DNA of 64,000 nt. Source: Lingula anatina. Lineage: Eukaryota > Animalia > Brachiopoda. Made by a program: the position numbers and the translations under genes. The stretch covers positions 51,810,788-51,874,787 of the forward strand of contig CM120640.1 in assembly GCA_051362555.1 (NCBI GenBank). The letters run 5' to 3'. Positions 1-11,953 of the stretch are shown one piece after another. The first letter of the stretch is position 1. Each line of letters opens with the position of its first letter. The notes beneath the pieces were generated by a model that did not search any database, was not told where the DNA came from, and was given only the letters and a program-made list of their open reading frames with translations.

Positions 1-2189
1 TTGGCAACTGAGGCTTGGCCACTAACTTGTCGCATGTCTTCATTTTGAAGACATGCGTTATATTTTTGAATCTCACATTAATTTTGCCATTAACTCCATC
101 GTGATACTGACAGTTTGTCTGTGAAGACTAAAAATGCAAATTCGGTGTTATAATTATTAGATTGAGCGTCAGTTTGTGATTGTAATTATGTGCTAAAACC
201 AGTCAGTCTGTAAGAGTCCAGATTTTGTCTTTGGAAAGTGAACTTATTGTGAGATGCATTTATTTTCATTATAGAAAATACTTTTTCTGTGATTAGCAGT
301 GATATACACAAATTGTTTTTATTCCAGTTGTTTTTTGAAGAATACTCCATATTGATCAAACGACAATTTTGTACGTTTTATATGACCTTTTACACAATCC
401 GTTTTTGCTACTATTTGCATGGGTTTTAAATAAATATAGTTTTATTCACAGCAATGAGTTTCTTTATTTTCCATCCGTCCTCCAGCACTTACATTAGGAA
501 ATACTCTGGCATTTTATTCACCAGCTTACCATGTAGTCTCCGTTGAAAATTTATAGTGCATGCAAGTTTCATCGGAAACGTGTAGTTATAAACTGTACCT
601 GTAAACCAGAAAAATCCGTTGTCAATTTATTCCTTAGAGGTGTTTTAACATTCTCACTGTTTTTAGTCGTATTCACATCACATATGAATGCATTTGAAAG
701 GGGTTCAGAGAGACTGTTCAAGCGTGCATCCTTTCAGCAAGAGGTCCCATAGTTCACGGGCATTTACGGCAATTAGTGTGTAAAAAGTACAAATGCCTTC
801 GAGTTGGCTAAGTGTGTGAGATGTTGACATTACTGACAAGGAATAATTGCCGACAGACACAAAGTGGTGCCGAAATGTTGCAAGGAATTACGTGTTACCA
901 AACAACAAACTGATGGACACCCATGAATTTCAACTTTGTTTTATCGGGTACCAAGCAAATTCAAAATCCAAAGATCCCATGATCTTCTTTATAAAAGGTC
1001 TGTTCAATTACTGATCAAAACATTTTGTCATTTACCACATTAAAAAAAAAAAAAAAACATAACAATTGCAGAAAATATTAACTTATCTAAAACTAGTATT
1101 GCTTGGCTCGAATCAAATATCGCAGCTGTACAGAATGTCACAGGATTTTCTATGCCTTTGAATAAAATGAAATCACCAAACAGAATGGAAATAAGAAGAA
1201 TACATCTGCATGATGTTTGATATCTAATTACCTACATCACGAAAGTTGTCATTGAGCACAATGGATCCTTGCATGATTGCCTCAACATAGAGCATATTAA
1301 TAACATAAAATTGAATAATTAAAAAAATTACAATTGATAACTCGAGGCAGTCGACGACTCGTGATGTATTTAGGGTTTTAGTTATGAAATAGGTTTTTAA
1401 TTGACCTCGGTACGTATGTATGTTATTATCTAGCTTCTTTTTTTTTCACAGCATTTAACAGTGGTGGCTTTCAGTAAATATAACTGCAGCCTCGAGGCGG
1501 TGAAGATTCGTGATGTGTTTGTGTCACACCCTCGATTATCTTGGGTTTTAATCATAAAACAAGTTTTTAATTAAGCTCCGTTTATAAATGTGCATTAATA
1601 TTTGGCTTCTTCCTTCCTCTCAGTATTCAACAGATGCCAGCTTTAAAGTAAATATAGGAGTAGGCCTATGTTGCTATTGTAGCTTGCCTATAAAAGCGTG
1701 TTTTATACCTCCTATTCGGATGTAGAGAGATAGTAAAGTCGGACAGAAAAATATTGAAAGCGTTTGTGAGCTATTCTGCTTACCAGGCACTTTTGTTTTC
1801 CGTCCACCAAGCTGAAAAATTAGATAAATACGCCCATTGTTTTGTTTAGAATTAAAGGGGTTTTTGTGACTGAATTTCATCGAAATACGTAACTTATAAA
1901 TACAACAATATGCTTCTGCGTCTCAAGTCCTTTGATAATGAAAAGATAATTGGTCAAATTTTTTCAAATATCAGGACCGCTATCAAAATTTGTTTTTATG
2001 GAATACAATTCGCCTATAATTTGACTCATAACTTCTTTGATTTTGCGTTCACCTAAGTGCGTTTCATGGACGCAGTTCTTAAGGCAAACATGCCACGCAC
2101 GATAGAGTTAGAGTGCAGATTCGGTGAACATATATATACATATTTACATTTTACAAATATATAACTGTTTGGGTACAATTCACACCAGT

Positions 2190-5100
2190 TTAAACAATGG
2201 TATATTCATTTTCCGGTCTTGCATCTTTCGTATCACAGGCATCTCCGTCGCATTTGTTGTCAAAGCCTGTCGCGCAATCGGTGAGGTCAAGATACAATGT
2301 TGGTGGTTCTCTCTGTCTCCTTCTCCACCGCAACACCGCGAGAACTACACATATGCCTATCAGTAAAGCTGCTCCACCAGCCCCGGTGCCGATATAAACG
2401 GCTGTCTGACTGTCGGCTATTGTTTGACGCTGTTGCTTTAGTTCAGTTTCGTTTTCCTCTTCACTCTGTGTTGGAGGAAAGGTCTCTGGCTGCAAACTAC
2501 TTGTCAGTGGTACAGACAGGTCAGTACTTGCAGCCACTCTCAAAGTTATTGGTGCTTTCGGTAAACTAGATGTTTTGGGTGATCGATAGTGATCATTTAT
2601 TGTTTGACTATCAGTTGAAGTCTTGCGATCCTGCACAAAAGATGTCCCTCTTCGTGTTGTCAGCTTAATCCAAAGCGTCTGGGTAACGCCAGAAGAGTTG
2701 AACGTAGCTGATGTTGACGAAGATGTCGATTTTGATATTTTTGTAGGTCCATCAGTATTGGATAGAGTGGATACATTGGTAGTTGAAGAATTTAGTGAAG
2801 AAAAATTTCGGTTGGTGAGTCTGGTTGAAGGTTGCGTTGTAGGTGTGGATTCATGAATAGAAAAAGTAGGGGTGGTAGTTATGACTGAGGGAGTAGGGGT
2901 AGAATTGGGGGTGGCAGTTATGACTGAGGGAGTAGGGGTAGAATTGGGGGTGGTAGTTATGACTGAGGGAGTAGGGGTAGAAGTGGGCGTGGTAGTAATG
3001 ACTGAGGGAGTAGGGGTAGAATTGGGGGTGGTAGTAATGACTGAGGGAGTAGGGGTAGAATTGGGTGTGGTAGTTATGACTGAGGGAGTAGGGGTAGAAT
3101 TGGGGGTGGTAGTTATGACTGAGGGAGTGGGGGTGGTAGTAATGACTGAGGGAGTAGGGGTAGAATTGGGGGTGGTAGTTATGACTGAGGGAGTAGGGGT
3201 AGAAGTGGGCGTGGTAGTAATGACTGAGGGAGTAGGGGTAGAATTGGGGGTGGTAGTTATGACTGAGGGAGTAGGGGTAGAATTGGGGGTGGTAGTAATG
3301 ACTGAGGGAGTAGGGGTAGAATGGGGGGTGGTAGTAATGACTGAGGTAGTGGGGGTAGAAGTGGGTGTGGTAGTAATGACTGAGGTACTGGGGGTAGAAG
3401 TGGGTGTGGTAGTAATGACTGAGGTACTGGGGGTAGAAGTGGGTGTGGTAGTAATGACTGAGGTACTGGGGGTAGAAGTAGGTGTGGTAGTTATGACTGA
3501 GGTACTGGGGGTAGAAGTGGGTGTGGTAGTTATGACTGAGGTAGTGGGGGTAGAAGTGGGTGTGGTAGTAATGACTGAGGTACTGGGGGTAGAAGTGGGT
3601 GTGGTAGTAATGACTGAGGTAGTGGGGGTAGAAGTGGATGTGGTTGTAATGGCTGAAGGAGTAGGGGTAGAAGAGGCGATTGATAAGGTAGGTGAAGTAT
3701 TAGAAGTTGACAGTCTAGACGTAGACATGGTAGTTGACGAAGTGGGTATATTGCTGGATGTTGACTGGCTGTATGATGTAGTAGTTGGGTAGTTGGTCGT
3801 TTTCTTAGAGCCTGACGACGAAGAATGAGTTGCCGGTTTAGCCGTTGTTATTGGTGTCCTGGTAAGTTTGGTAGAAGGCGATGTTTTATATAACATTGAT
3901 GTTATGCTGATGTTAACGGCTGAAGTTACAGGATGTGTTGATCTTGTTGCGGCGTGACTTGTACTTTTCGAATCTGAAATAAAGATGTTTATGTTTACAA
4001 TGACTATTTTACTCCTTTATGTAACTGTCGGTCAAGTTTTGCTTTTGACCAGAATAATACTTGAAATTTGACTTGTTCCCACCGTCCCTTACAAAGGGTT
4101 TTTTAATTTACTGAATAGAACTTTTATGTCGTTAGTTTGACGACCATGCACCAACATGCCAGTAAACAAGAGCCAAAGATTACCTTGGCAACCCTGTATT
4201 ACAACATCATCCAAAGACGCTGCTGCCTTGCCGTATGCCTTCTTCAAAACGGTTGCTCGAAATATGACCTTTAAAGAAAGAAATTTCGGTTAACAAAGTA
4301 TTCATTACATCTAACAAATGTATCATTAGACGCAATTGCAAGTTATGACACTGTGCAAAATCTCTTTTTCTGATTTTGATGCACGCAATGAGTCTTACCT
4401 TGAAATCTCCTTTTCTAGCAATATTTGCTAAGTCGATATTTCCGGAATCTAACCAATCGGTTATGATTAGACTACTATTCCGTTTCCATAAGAGGGCGCT
4501 CTGACCTTGTACCCTTACTTCTAGTGATAAGTAATCTTCGTAAAAAGTGTACAAGTAGTACAGAAAGCTAATAGAACAGATTCCGTAAGACTGTGGGATA
4601 ACCACTGAAGTGAGGGTGGTGGAGAGGCCTTCTCTGGCTAATTGAGCGTTGAGGTACAAGAAGGGACTCTGTATGGTCTTTGGAGGCGTACCTGAAAAGA
4701 GTTAAAATAAGATTTGTCCGTTTTTTTGTGTAGTTATATTATCTATCTATGTCTACCATGTATCTACAGTTTTTTATTATCTCCGCCAAGGAGGTTATGT
4801 TTCCACCCCTGTTTGTTTGTTTGTTTGTCATCAACATAACTCAAAAAGTTATGGATGAATTTCGATGGAATTTTCAGGGTAGGTCAGAAATGGGTTAACT
4901 ATAAAGTGATTAGTTTTTAGTGGTGACCCCGGTCAATAATCAATCAATAATCAAAAATAAAAAAACTAAGTTATGGACCGATTTTGATGAAATTTTCAGG
5001 AACTGTCAGAATTGGGCCAAGGAACAGATGATTAGTTTTTGGTGGTGATCCGGATCAATAATCAAAAATCAAAAATATCGAAAATTTAGGAGTGAAGCCA

Positions 5101-5878
5101 TTGGATGGAGACTTTGCTGCCTTGGCGGAGGTCTGCGCTCTCTGAGTGCTTTTCTAGTTTCCCTGTATTTATTGTCGATTATTGACAGTATGAGACTCAC
5201 TTTGAAAATTGTCTCCAGGTTTTACTGCCTTCCATTCAAAACTGCTGTCAGCGGCATCAATGGTATAACCGCATATCATGACGTCATCGAAATTGCAGCT
5301 GCCCGGGCTAAGAGTAATTACCTCTGTGTATTAAAAAAAGAGTTCATGCATTTACTTACTAACACCGATATTATATAATATGTTATCCAACACACGATGA
5401 TTTATTAAATATTTTATTTAAAATCACTTGTTATGCCTGTGTTTAGCAAGCTTTCACTCTGACTGAAAATTATCTATTTCTATCAAAACTTCATCAGCCC
5501 TGAAATCTGAAAATGTTGATTTCTTGATCTTTCATTACCTCAGATGGGTGAGGTTACGACTATAAACAAAAGCATTGTATTGTGCTTATTGTATTAAAGC
5601 TACCAGTTCTACGGAAAAGGGCAACGAAAACTGAGAAGCATTAAATAGAAAAAATATACGGATTCATGTTAATATGGTAAGCCAAGTTACGTTCTTCGAC
5701 TTAAACTGCAAACAACTGAAAAATGGCCCAGATTTAATCGTATACCGATAACATTAATGTTAAATCCTCGTGCAAGTTGTTTCTGTAGTACATTATGTTT
5801 TAACGACGTAAACATACCTGTTAGTGCGTGGAATGAAATTAGTGACACCCAGGCGATCCATTGTAAGTTATATTCCAT
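2190..5878 (-). CDS. Type I membrane protein: signal peptide + MAM domain + long Thr/Pro/Ser mucin stalk + TM + short Tyr-motif tail (~781 aa, 5 coding exons)
   Basis: Exons (minus) 5818-5878, 5201-5323, 4399-4691, 4184-4268, 2190-3973, all GT-AG with consistent phases, total 2346 nt. Exon 1 gives a signal-like MEYNLQWIAWVSLISFHALT. Exons 2-4 give MAM hallmarks (CNFDDVMICGY..FEW; LTSVVIP..CSISFLYY..LEVRV..LLWK..W; FKVIFRAT..LDDVVIQGC). The last exon has the PTS stalk, TM AVYIGTGAGGAALLIGICVVLAVL, stop-transfer RWRRRQR and a tail ending NEYTIV*. The first exon is the least certain. Confidence 0.85.
2870..3670 (-). repeat. Coding minisatellite, 39-bp unit (13 aa, SVITTTP[N/T]STP[T/S][P/T]), ~20 copies, mucin stalk
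   Basis: Visible tandem units such as gtggtagt(t/a)atgactgagggagtaggggtagaattgggg on the + strand; the translated repeat is in ORF 2190..3896. Confidence 0.95.
4777..5159 (+). mobile_element. Non-autonomous Helentron-type element (HINE/DINE-1-like) in an intron of the MAM-mucin gene
   Basis: Sub-terminal inverted repeat CTCCGCCAAG (4781-4790) / CTTGGCGGAG (5121-5130), (GTTT)n microsatellite, two internal core repeats, 3' hairpin GCGCTC-tct-GAGTGC then CTAG, with T-rich flanks. Confidence 0.75.
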
Positions 5879-6961
5879 GCTTCTTGTAAAACCGTCTAAA
5901 ACTTCTAAAATGTTTAACAGAGTGTCCTTGCACTTAGAGATAGAAGTATTGTCGACACGGATCACCCAGTTATTGTGGACAAGAAAGTTAATCATTGCTA
6001 AGCTGATTCCCCTGTGTACAAGATACCGAGTACTTGATAGCGGTCTGTGCGATATCTTCTTCCGATGAATTGGATATTGAAATGTTGAGTTAAATATTGT
6101 GCATGTATTCCTAAACGATATTAAATCAGACCAGATAAATTGAACGATAAGGAATACAATAGCAAACGACAAAGTAAGTCAAATACTCATCTAAGTAATG
6201 ATTCTAAAATTAATTCTTGGTTAGCTAGAATAAAACGTAACTGACCTGGTCTTCCAGATAGTAATGAAATCAAGATAGCAAATCGCACCAAAAATGTCAC
6301 TTTGCCCTACAAGACCTATCTCCCTCACAGACTAAGTCAGGTAGGGCCGAAGCCACATTTTTTTGGTGGTGATGGTGGTAAAGTAAACGGGGCAGTGTTC
6401 GGAATTTTTCTTGTCTTAGCTTTTTTTCCTTTTTTTGGCAGTGTGCTAATGCGCACAGAACTCACAGTTTAAACTGTTGTACTATCACTGCACCCGTCCA
6501 CGCTCAGAATGCATTTCAACGTTCATTTAGCTTACTCAAAGTAAAAGAAAAGTGCTCCTTACATGAATATTTTTTATACATAAAACTCGATAGCATGGTG
6601 GTCACTGTGTCTAAGAAATGGTTGATGATACCAGGAAAAGGCGTCCATTATTTTAACAACCACGTTTACGCCCCTTGATTAATGCTGTAATTAAACTTTT
6701 TTTAAACTTCGAATGTCTATATCTAGTATTTATGGATTCAAATTCATGGGTTCAAAATTTCTCTAAAATATCTAGGAAGAGTCCTTTGCCGTTGCCATTT
6801 TATTTCAGTATTTTGAAATTTCCGGCAATCTCTTCAACCAACCGTGTTTAAATGGGATGATAAAATAGTGGCTGTGATTGATTCTTCACAGCAAATAATT
6901 CAAGATAGCAATATGGGGTGATCCGAGATTTTAGGTCAAGTGACTAGTTTACCAACACTTA

Positions 6962-7176
6962 GACCCCATTTCCAGAGATTAGATCGATCTACTTTAGATC
7001 GACCTAACTCCCTGGGGGTTCACGCTAAATAGCTGTCAGCCGGGCGGACACGAAAGTTAATTACCCCCTTACAGCTTGTAGTAGGCGGGACGGACATTTA
7101 AGCCGGATTATCTGACAGTAATCTAGTGAGACTCCCCGCGGGGATAGATCGATCTAAAAGTTCTGGTAATACAGCC
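6962..7176. mobile_element. MITE, PIF/Harbinger (Tourist)-like
   Basis: Imperfect TIRs (gaccccatttccagagattagatcgatcta ... tagatcgatctaaaagttctggtaatacagcc) flanked by TTA at 6959-6961 and 7177-7179. Confidence 0.6.
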
Positions 7177-8437
7177 TTAAACAGATAATGATCCACCCCC
7201 TTGACCAATATTTAAATTCGGACAGCCCGTTGTCAAGTTTTAATGTACAGCCACGGTATTTACTTTTTATTATCATCTTTATACAATTAAAGTATAAAAT
7301 GAAGCTTAATATGATCTGCTGATAAAGTTTAATAAAACTAATTATATCAATTGTGCCCATTACAAATATGTTGCCGATGGGTATTTTTTGTTTCGTGTGG
7401 AAGTTGCTTTTAGGGACCGTAGTCGTATCATTTCCTTTATCATCATATCATTGTTAAAAATCTTCATTTTGAAATATGAAGGTTTTGCTCAAATAATACC
7501 TGCAGATATCACGTTTGAAAATTGTGAATATTTGAATGATAAACAAAAGTGGAAAGTGTCTGATCTTCTCATTCAGATTGTTGAGCTTTGTGTACAAGCA
7601 AATAACATTCAGATCTAGTGTGGCTCAGCATCATTCGACACGATATATTCAGTTAAATGCAATTTTAGCCAATTAACGGCATGGGGATAACTAGCACTGC
7701 TTTGAATCTCTGCATCAAATTTCAAAACCGGCGGTAACCTCCCCTTTAAAGTCATTATGTTGTTTGAGGATAAATCTTTTAAACGGCACTGACACCTTTA
7801 AACAAAATGGCATTTTGACATTAAAACTAGAATCTGGCTTTCCGTGTATACGGGATTTGGCAATAAAAACCAAATACAAGTACAGTATATGAAAAGCCCG
7901 GTTATTCTTGTTTGTTGATAAATGTGCCTTATAAGCTTTAAAGTTTGTCGTACGAATAGTAATAGAAGCAACTATTTATGAAACCCATTACAAGCCATAT
8001 AATTGAAAACTGCTCTCTTTCGAAATCTGGCTTTTTATTCTACCTTCGGTTTTTCAAATATTTGATGATGAATTATTTTATCAAGTTGGGGTCTGACATT
8101 GCTTCTCAAAACTTTTTTTTATATGTGAACATTTTTTCACTGGGCTTCAGAGCAATTTAAAAGGAGTCTCTTGTGGACTTATGGAGTCGTCTGTTGGGCA
8201 TAAAAGATTATTCCGAAAAGTATGCTTCTTTTGTATTAAATCATACTTTGTGTAGCAAAAAGTTATTGTTGATTATTCATAGAAAAAACAATTAGAATTA
8301 TAAAATCTTTTATAAATATAGTGAAAAAAAAATACCAATATTCAAATTTATTCAAAGAAAATTTAAAAGGATATAATACAAAATATTCACATAAATAAAA
8401 GCAAATATCAATTAAAATGCATTAAATAAAAATGTGG

Positions 8438-11400
8438 CTAACTTGTACCGGGTTGGCTAGAATTTTGATTTACAGTTGGTGTTGGTTTACATGAACAGTA
8501 CTTCATGGAGCCTTCGTCCTTAAGATATTTGTAGCACTTCGAATCACTACCGTACACACTTAGCCGTATAATACTGAGGACACTAGTGACGTCATAACTG
8601 GAATTATAACCCAGCCTGCTCGGTAGTCTTATCACAGCCTCGTACAGCCCCTCTCCAGGGAAAGTGACAAAGTCAACTATGATGTCGTAATAAGAACGGA
8701 TAGAATTATCTCGCTTGTTTCTTCTAATTCTAAAACGTTGCGTCTTTTCTTTCTTTCGTTTTGAGATTTTAACTCGGCCAGTTTTCTGTGTCTTTTTGGG
8801 CATTCTCTTCGTACTTCTTAATGTTCTAACACTTTGGCTCTCGTCTGACAGAATATGAGCGGATTTTATCTCAGAAAGAGTAAGATTTTGACACAGCTGA
8901 GAATCTACCGATAGACGGCGATTCATGAACTCTATGGCCCAGTCAACGGCTGTTGTAGATTCGACAGACTCTTTGCTAATCTGCCTTTGAACGCGACACC
9001 AAAGGCATAAGTCCTTTGGCACTCCCGCTTGGGCACACGTTCGAGATTCAGGAATAGGCTTGAAAAGGCTAAGGCCTCTTGGAGGCGTTTTAGAATTTTT
9101 AACGGCCTTATTATTACCGATGACATCAACCAAGGTAGCGTGCAAATCATATGGTGTTACCAGTCGTTGGGAGTTGCTTCGCATTGCTGTTACAATCTCT
9201 GGGAATTGGACTTGGAGCCAAGGAGGAAGAACCATCACAAGCATAGGGAAGCGATGTTCTTGTCGACCGGAGGGAGTTTTCCTTATTTCGCCAAACCTGG
9301 TATAAAAAATATTATAATATGTATTTAAATCCATTTGATTTCAGGTCATTTAAAAAGTAAGTTTTGTCATTTTAGAAAAGATAATGCGATTTGGAACAGT
9401 AAGGGTAAAAACAAAGCTTTAAAGTTAAGGGTTAAACCTCCCTCCCTCTCTCTCTCTCTGTCTGTGTCTGTGTCTTTGTGTGTGTGTGTGTGTGTGTTAT
9501 ACAACACCTGGTTTTATACAATCATCTATTTCATACTCGAGGGTTTTTCTTTTCTCATATACAAATATAAAACGGATGTTTGAGGTTGAATATGGAAAGT
9601 AAAAAGCTCTAGAGTGATATGGACGCTCGTATAAAACACACGCCGTTTGAAGTACCTGTAATACATATATATGTACTAAGTAAAAAAACAATTAAAACAA
9701 GTTGTTTACGACTGATGTCCCTCCCCCTGTGAAAAGCTTCAAAATTTAGAAACATATGAGAGAATAAGGACACCAAAATTCACATCAAAATTGAATGAAT
9801 CGTCAATATTATTTATCTTTTTTTTAAATGTGCTTTTCGACTTTTAAAGGTAGTGCCATTTACATATTTTCAATGTATTCGCAAGGATTTTCTTGGTTTA
9901 ACGGGCAGAAGACCAAATGGTAAACTAGTTTTCAGGAATACCTTAATCTCTCTCTCTCTCTCCCGCTCTCTCTCTCTCTCGCGCGCGCGCTTATTCGACA
10001 GGGCATTGTCACATCGATCAATATACTTTAGCAATACAGTCTGTATCGGTACACTTTGAGAGACTGACAACGTAAGAGCATAGCTTTTACGTGAGAATGA
10101 ACTTCCGCTCAAACAGTTCGAGGCGAACTTGTGAAAGCGATTAAAACCTCCAGTAGTGTTATCGCAAAAATGCACCGGTACAGATTGTATCACTAATTTA
10201 TTCTGCTTGATATGAAATGTGTCTCTATAATAACTCAAGGACACGTACATGCCGTGTAAACATCTATGAGGAAAAACATGGACACGATTTATGCCATAAA
10301 ATTTCCAAAATTTTAAACAAATATGACGTACCTTGCCCCATGGTCACTCATGAACATCAATAAAGTGTTGTTGAAATTGCCTTTCAAATGATGCTTTTTC
10401 AAAAATGTGTAGTGGTCATGGTCTGTCACTTGAATTCTGTTTGGAGTATTGTGGCTGAATTCATTTAAGAAGTGAAAAGCAAAGTGCGGCGTGTCTCGAA
10501 CTTTTTTCAGAAAATGTCCAAGATAATCCAATGCCATGCAGTGAATCTTTTGGTTTCCAAGACAACCGAACGAAGACTCAGGCACATCTCTGTAAAGTTT
10601 TGAGGTCTCCATCGCCAGCCAGAAAGGTCTCGTGTAGTAGTCTGTAGGCGCCTTGCGAAAGCCTGGTTTATTGAAGTTAAAAGTGGCGTACGTCTTGTCC
10701 TCTAGGTAATATGTTACATAACCATTGGCAGAAAATCCATTCCAAACGAAAGGACAAAAATCAAATGACTTACTTTTCCTCTGTATTTGTGTCATTTGCC
10801 CATTGGGTAACCCCGCTAAAAGAGGCGCGATGTTCGGATAGGAATTATCGCCCACGGTGTGATATCCATGAAATGGAATCCCTAGCATAGCCCGTGTTAA
10901 GTAAGAGTATGTTTTAGGTAGATGTCTGATGGCATTGCCCATGGATACAGCATCGTTCAAAATCATCACAACATTCATCGAAGTAATTGAATTGTTCCGA
11001 GGGGATGATCCATGCCGGCGATGTTTATTAATCTTCTCACCTAAACTGATTTTCTTTACTGGGTACATGTGAAAGTTCTCGTATTCGTGCCTTCCAGTTT
11101 CACTTTCACACGAAATATACACAAAATCCTCTTTCAACTTTATCGCTATATTGCTGTGTATAGGTTTTGCTGCAGTAAAAGAGAATGTGTTGTCAACGTC
11201 CTCCTTGTCCTCCTTACTTCGCACGATGTAATTGTAAAGACAATGGATGTTGGAACTGTTTGTAGTATTCAGGTCAATTTTTAGAAATCCGTTGTTATCC
11301 ACAAATGATCGTATCCTCCCGGATTTGTTTTGACATTTTAATGGCGGTAACTTTTTGGTGACCTTCACCACTTTCTCGTCAAATGGGTCCATGTTCATCA

Positions 11401-11716
11401 GTTGTAAACAGCTGTTCGCTTCCCATTGTCCAAACGACGACCTGATGTTGGGAGATTCATCATTTGTTCCTTCAGCCCTAGTAACCACTTTTTTCCGAGA
11501 TACGTACAAGGGTACAAGAATATTCAGTATGCTCAGAACACTGACAGTGGTAATGATGACAAAAAATGTGACTTTAACCTTAGAATGAATCCAACATCGA
11601 CTACTTGGGCTCTAAAAGACCAAAGAATAAACATGTGAGTTTTGAGGTGCAATGGAAATCATCACTTTTGACTTTAAAATATATATTTTCTGTACAGAGA
11701 GTAACTGACTCTCTTT

Positions 11717-11774
<58 letters not shown>

Positions 11775-11953
11775 AACCATTGCAACAAGCGTGTTTCCCT
11801 CTGTCTCCGATGTTCCTCGCCTACAGTACCTAGCGGTAAGAATGGTGGAGGAAGGGGGAGCAGAGGGGTGATATTGATTGCCTGTGGCGTGCTCAGCTTC
11901 ATAAGACTGTCAGCAGATAGGGATCGCACGGAAAGGGGTGAGTACCGGTACAT
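8438..11953 (-). CDS. DUF229-family protein (alkaline phosphatase/sulfatase superfamily), type II membrane anchor, ~755 aa
   Basis: Exons 10332-11611 and 8438-9296 join in phase (SDHGAR|FGEIRKTPSGRQEHRFP). DUF229 motifs are present: NVVMILNDAVS..RHLPKT, GYHTVGDNSYPN, GYVTYYLED, PTDYYTRPFW, SDHG, LVTPYDLHATL, RTCAQAGVP..C. N-terminal hydrophobic anchor VTFFVIITTVSVLSILNILVPLY. The putative first exon 11825-11953 is phase-compatible but uncertain. Confidence 0.85.
11721..11770. repeat. (TA)n microsatellite
   Basis: About 25 TA units, seen directly. Confidence 0.95.

Noticed and set aside
2872-3792. 306-aa plus-strand V/G/E-rich ORF
   Set aside because: Antisense shadow of the mucin minisatellite; the repeat simply lacks stops in that frame.
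5539-5559. Possible 21-nt microexon in MAM gene intron 1 (tag|...|gtaatg)
   Set aside because: It contains an in-frame TGA in the required phase; a poison exon cannot be supported without transcript data.
5687-6172. 161-aa minus ORF and overlapping 103-aa plus ORF
   Set aside because: Only 5818-5878 fits as the signal-peptide exon; the remainder has no coding hallmarks.
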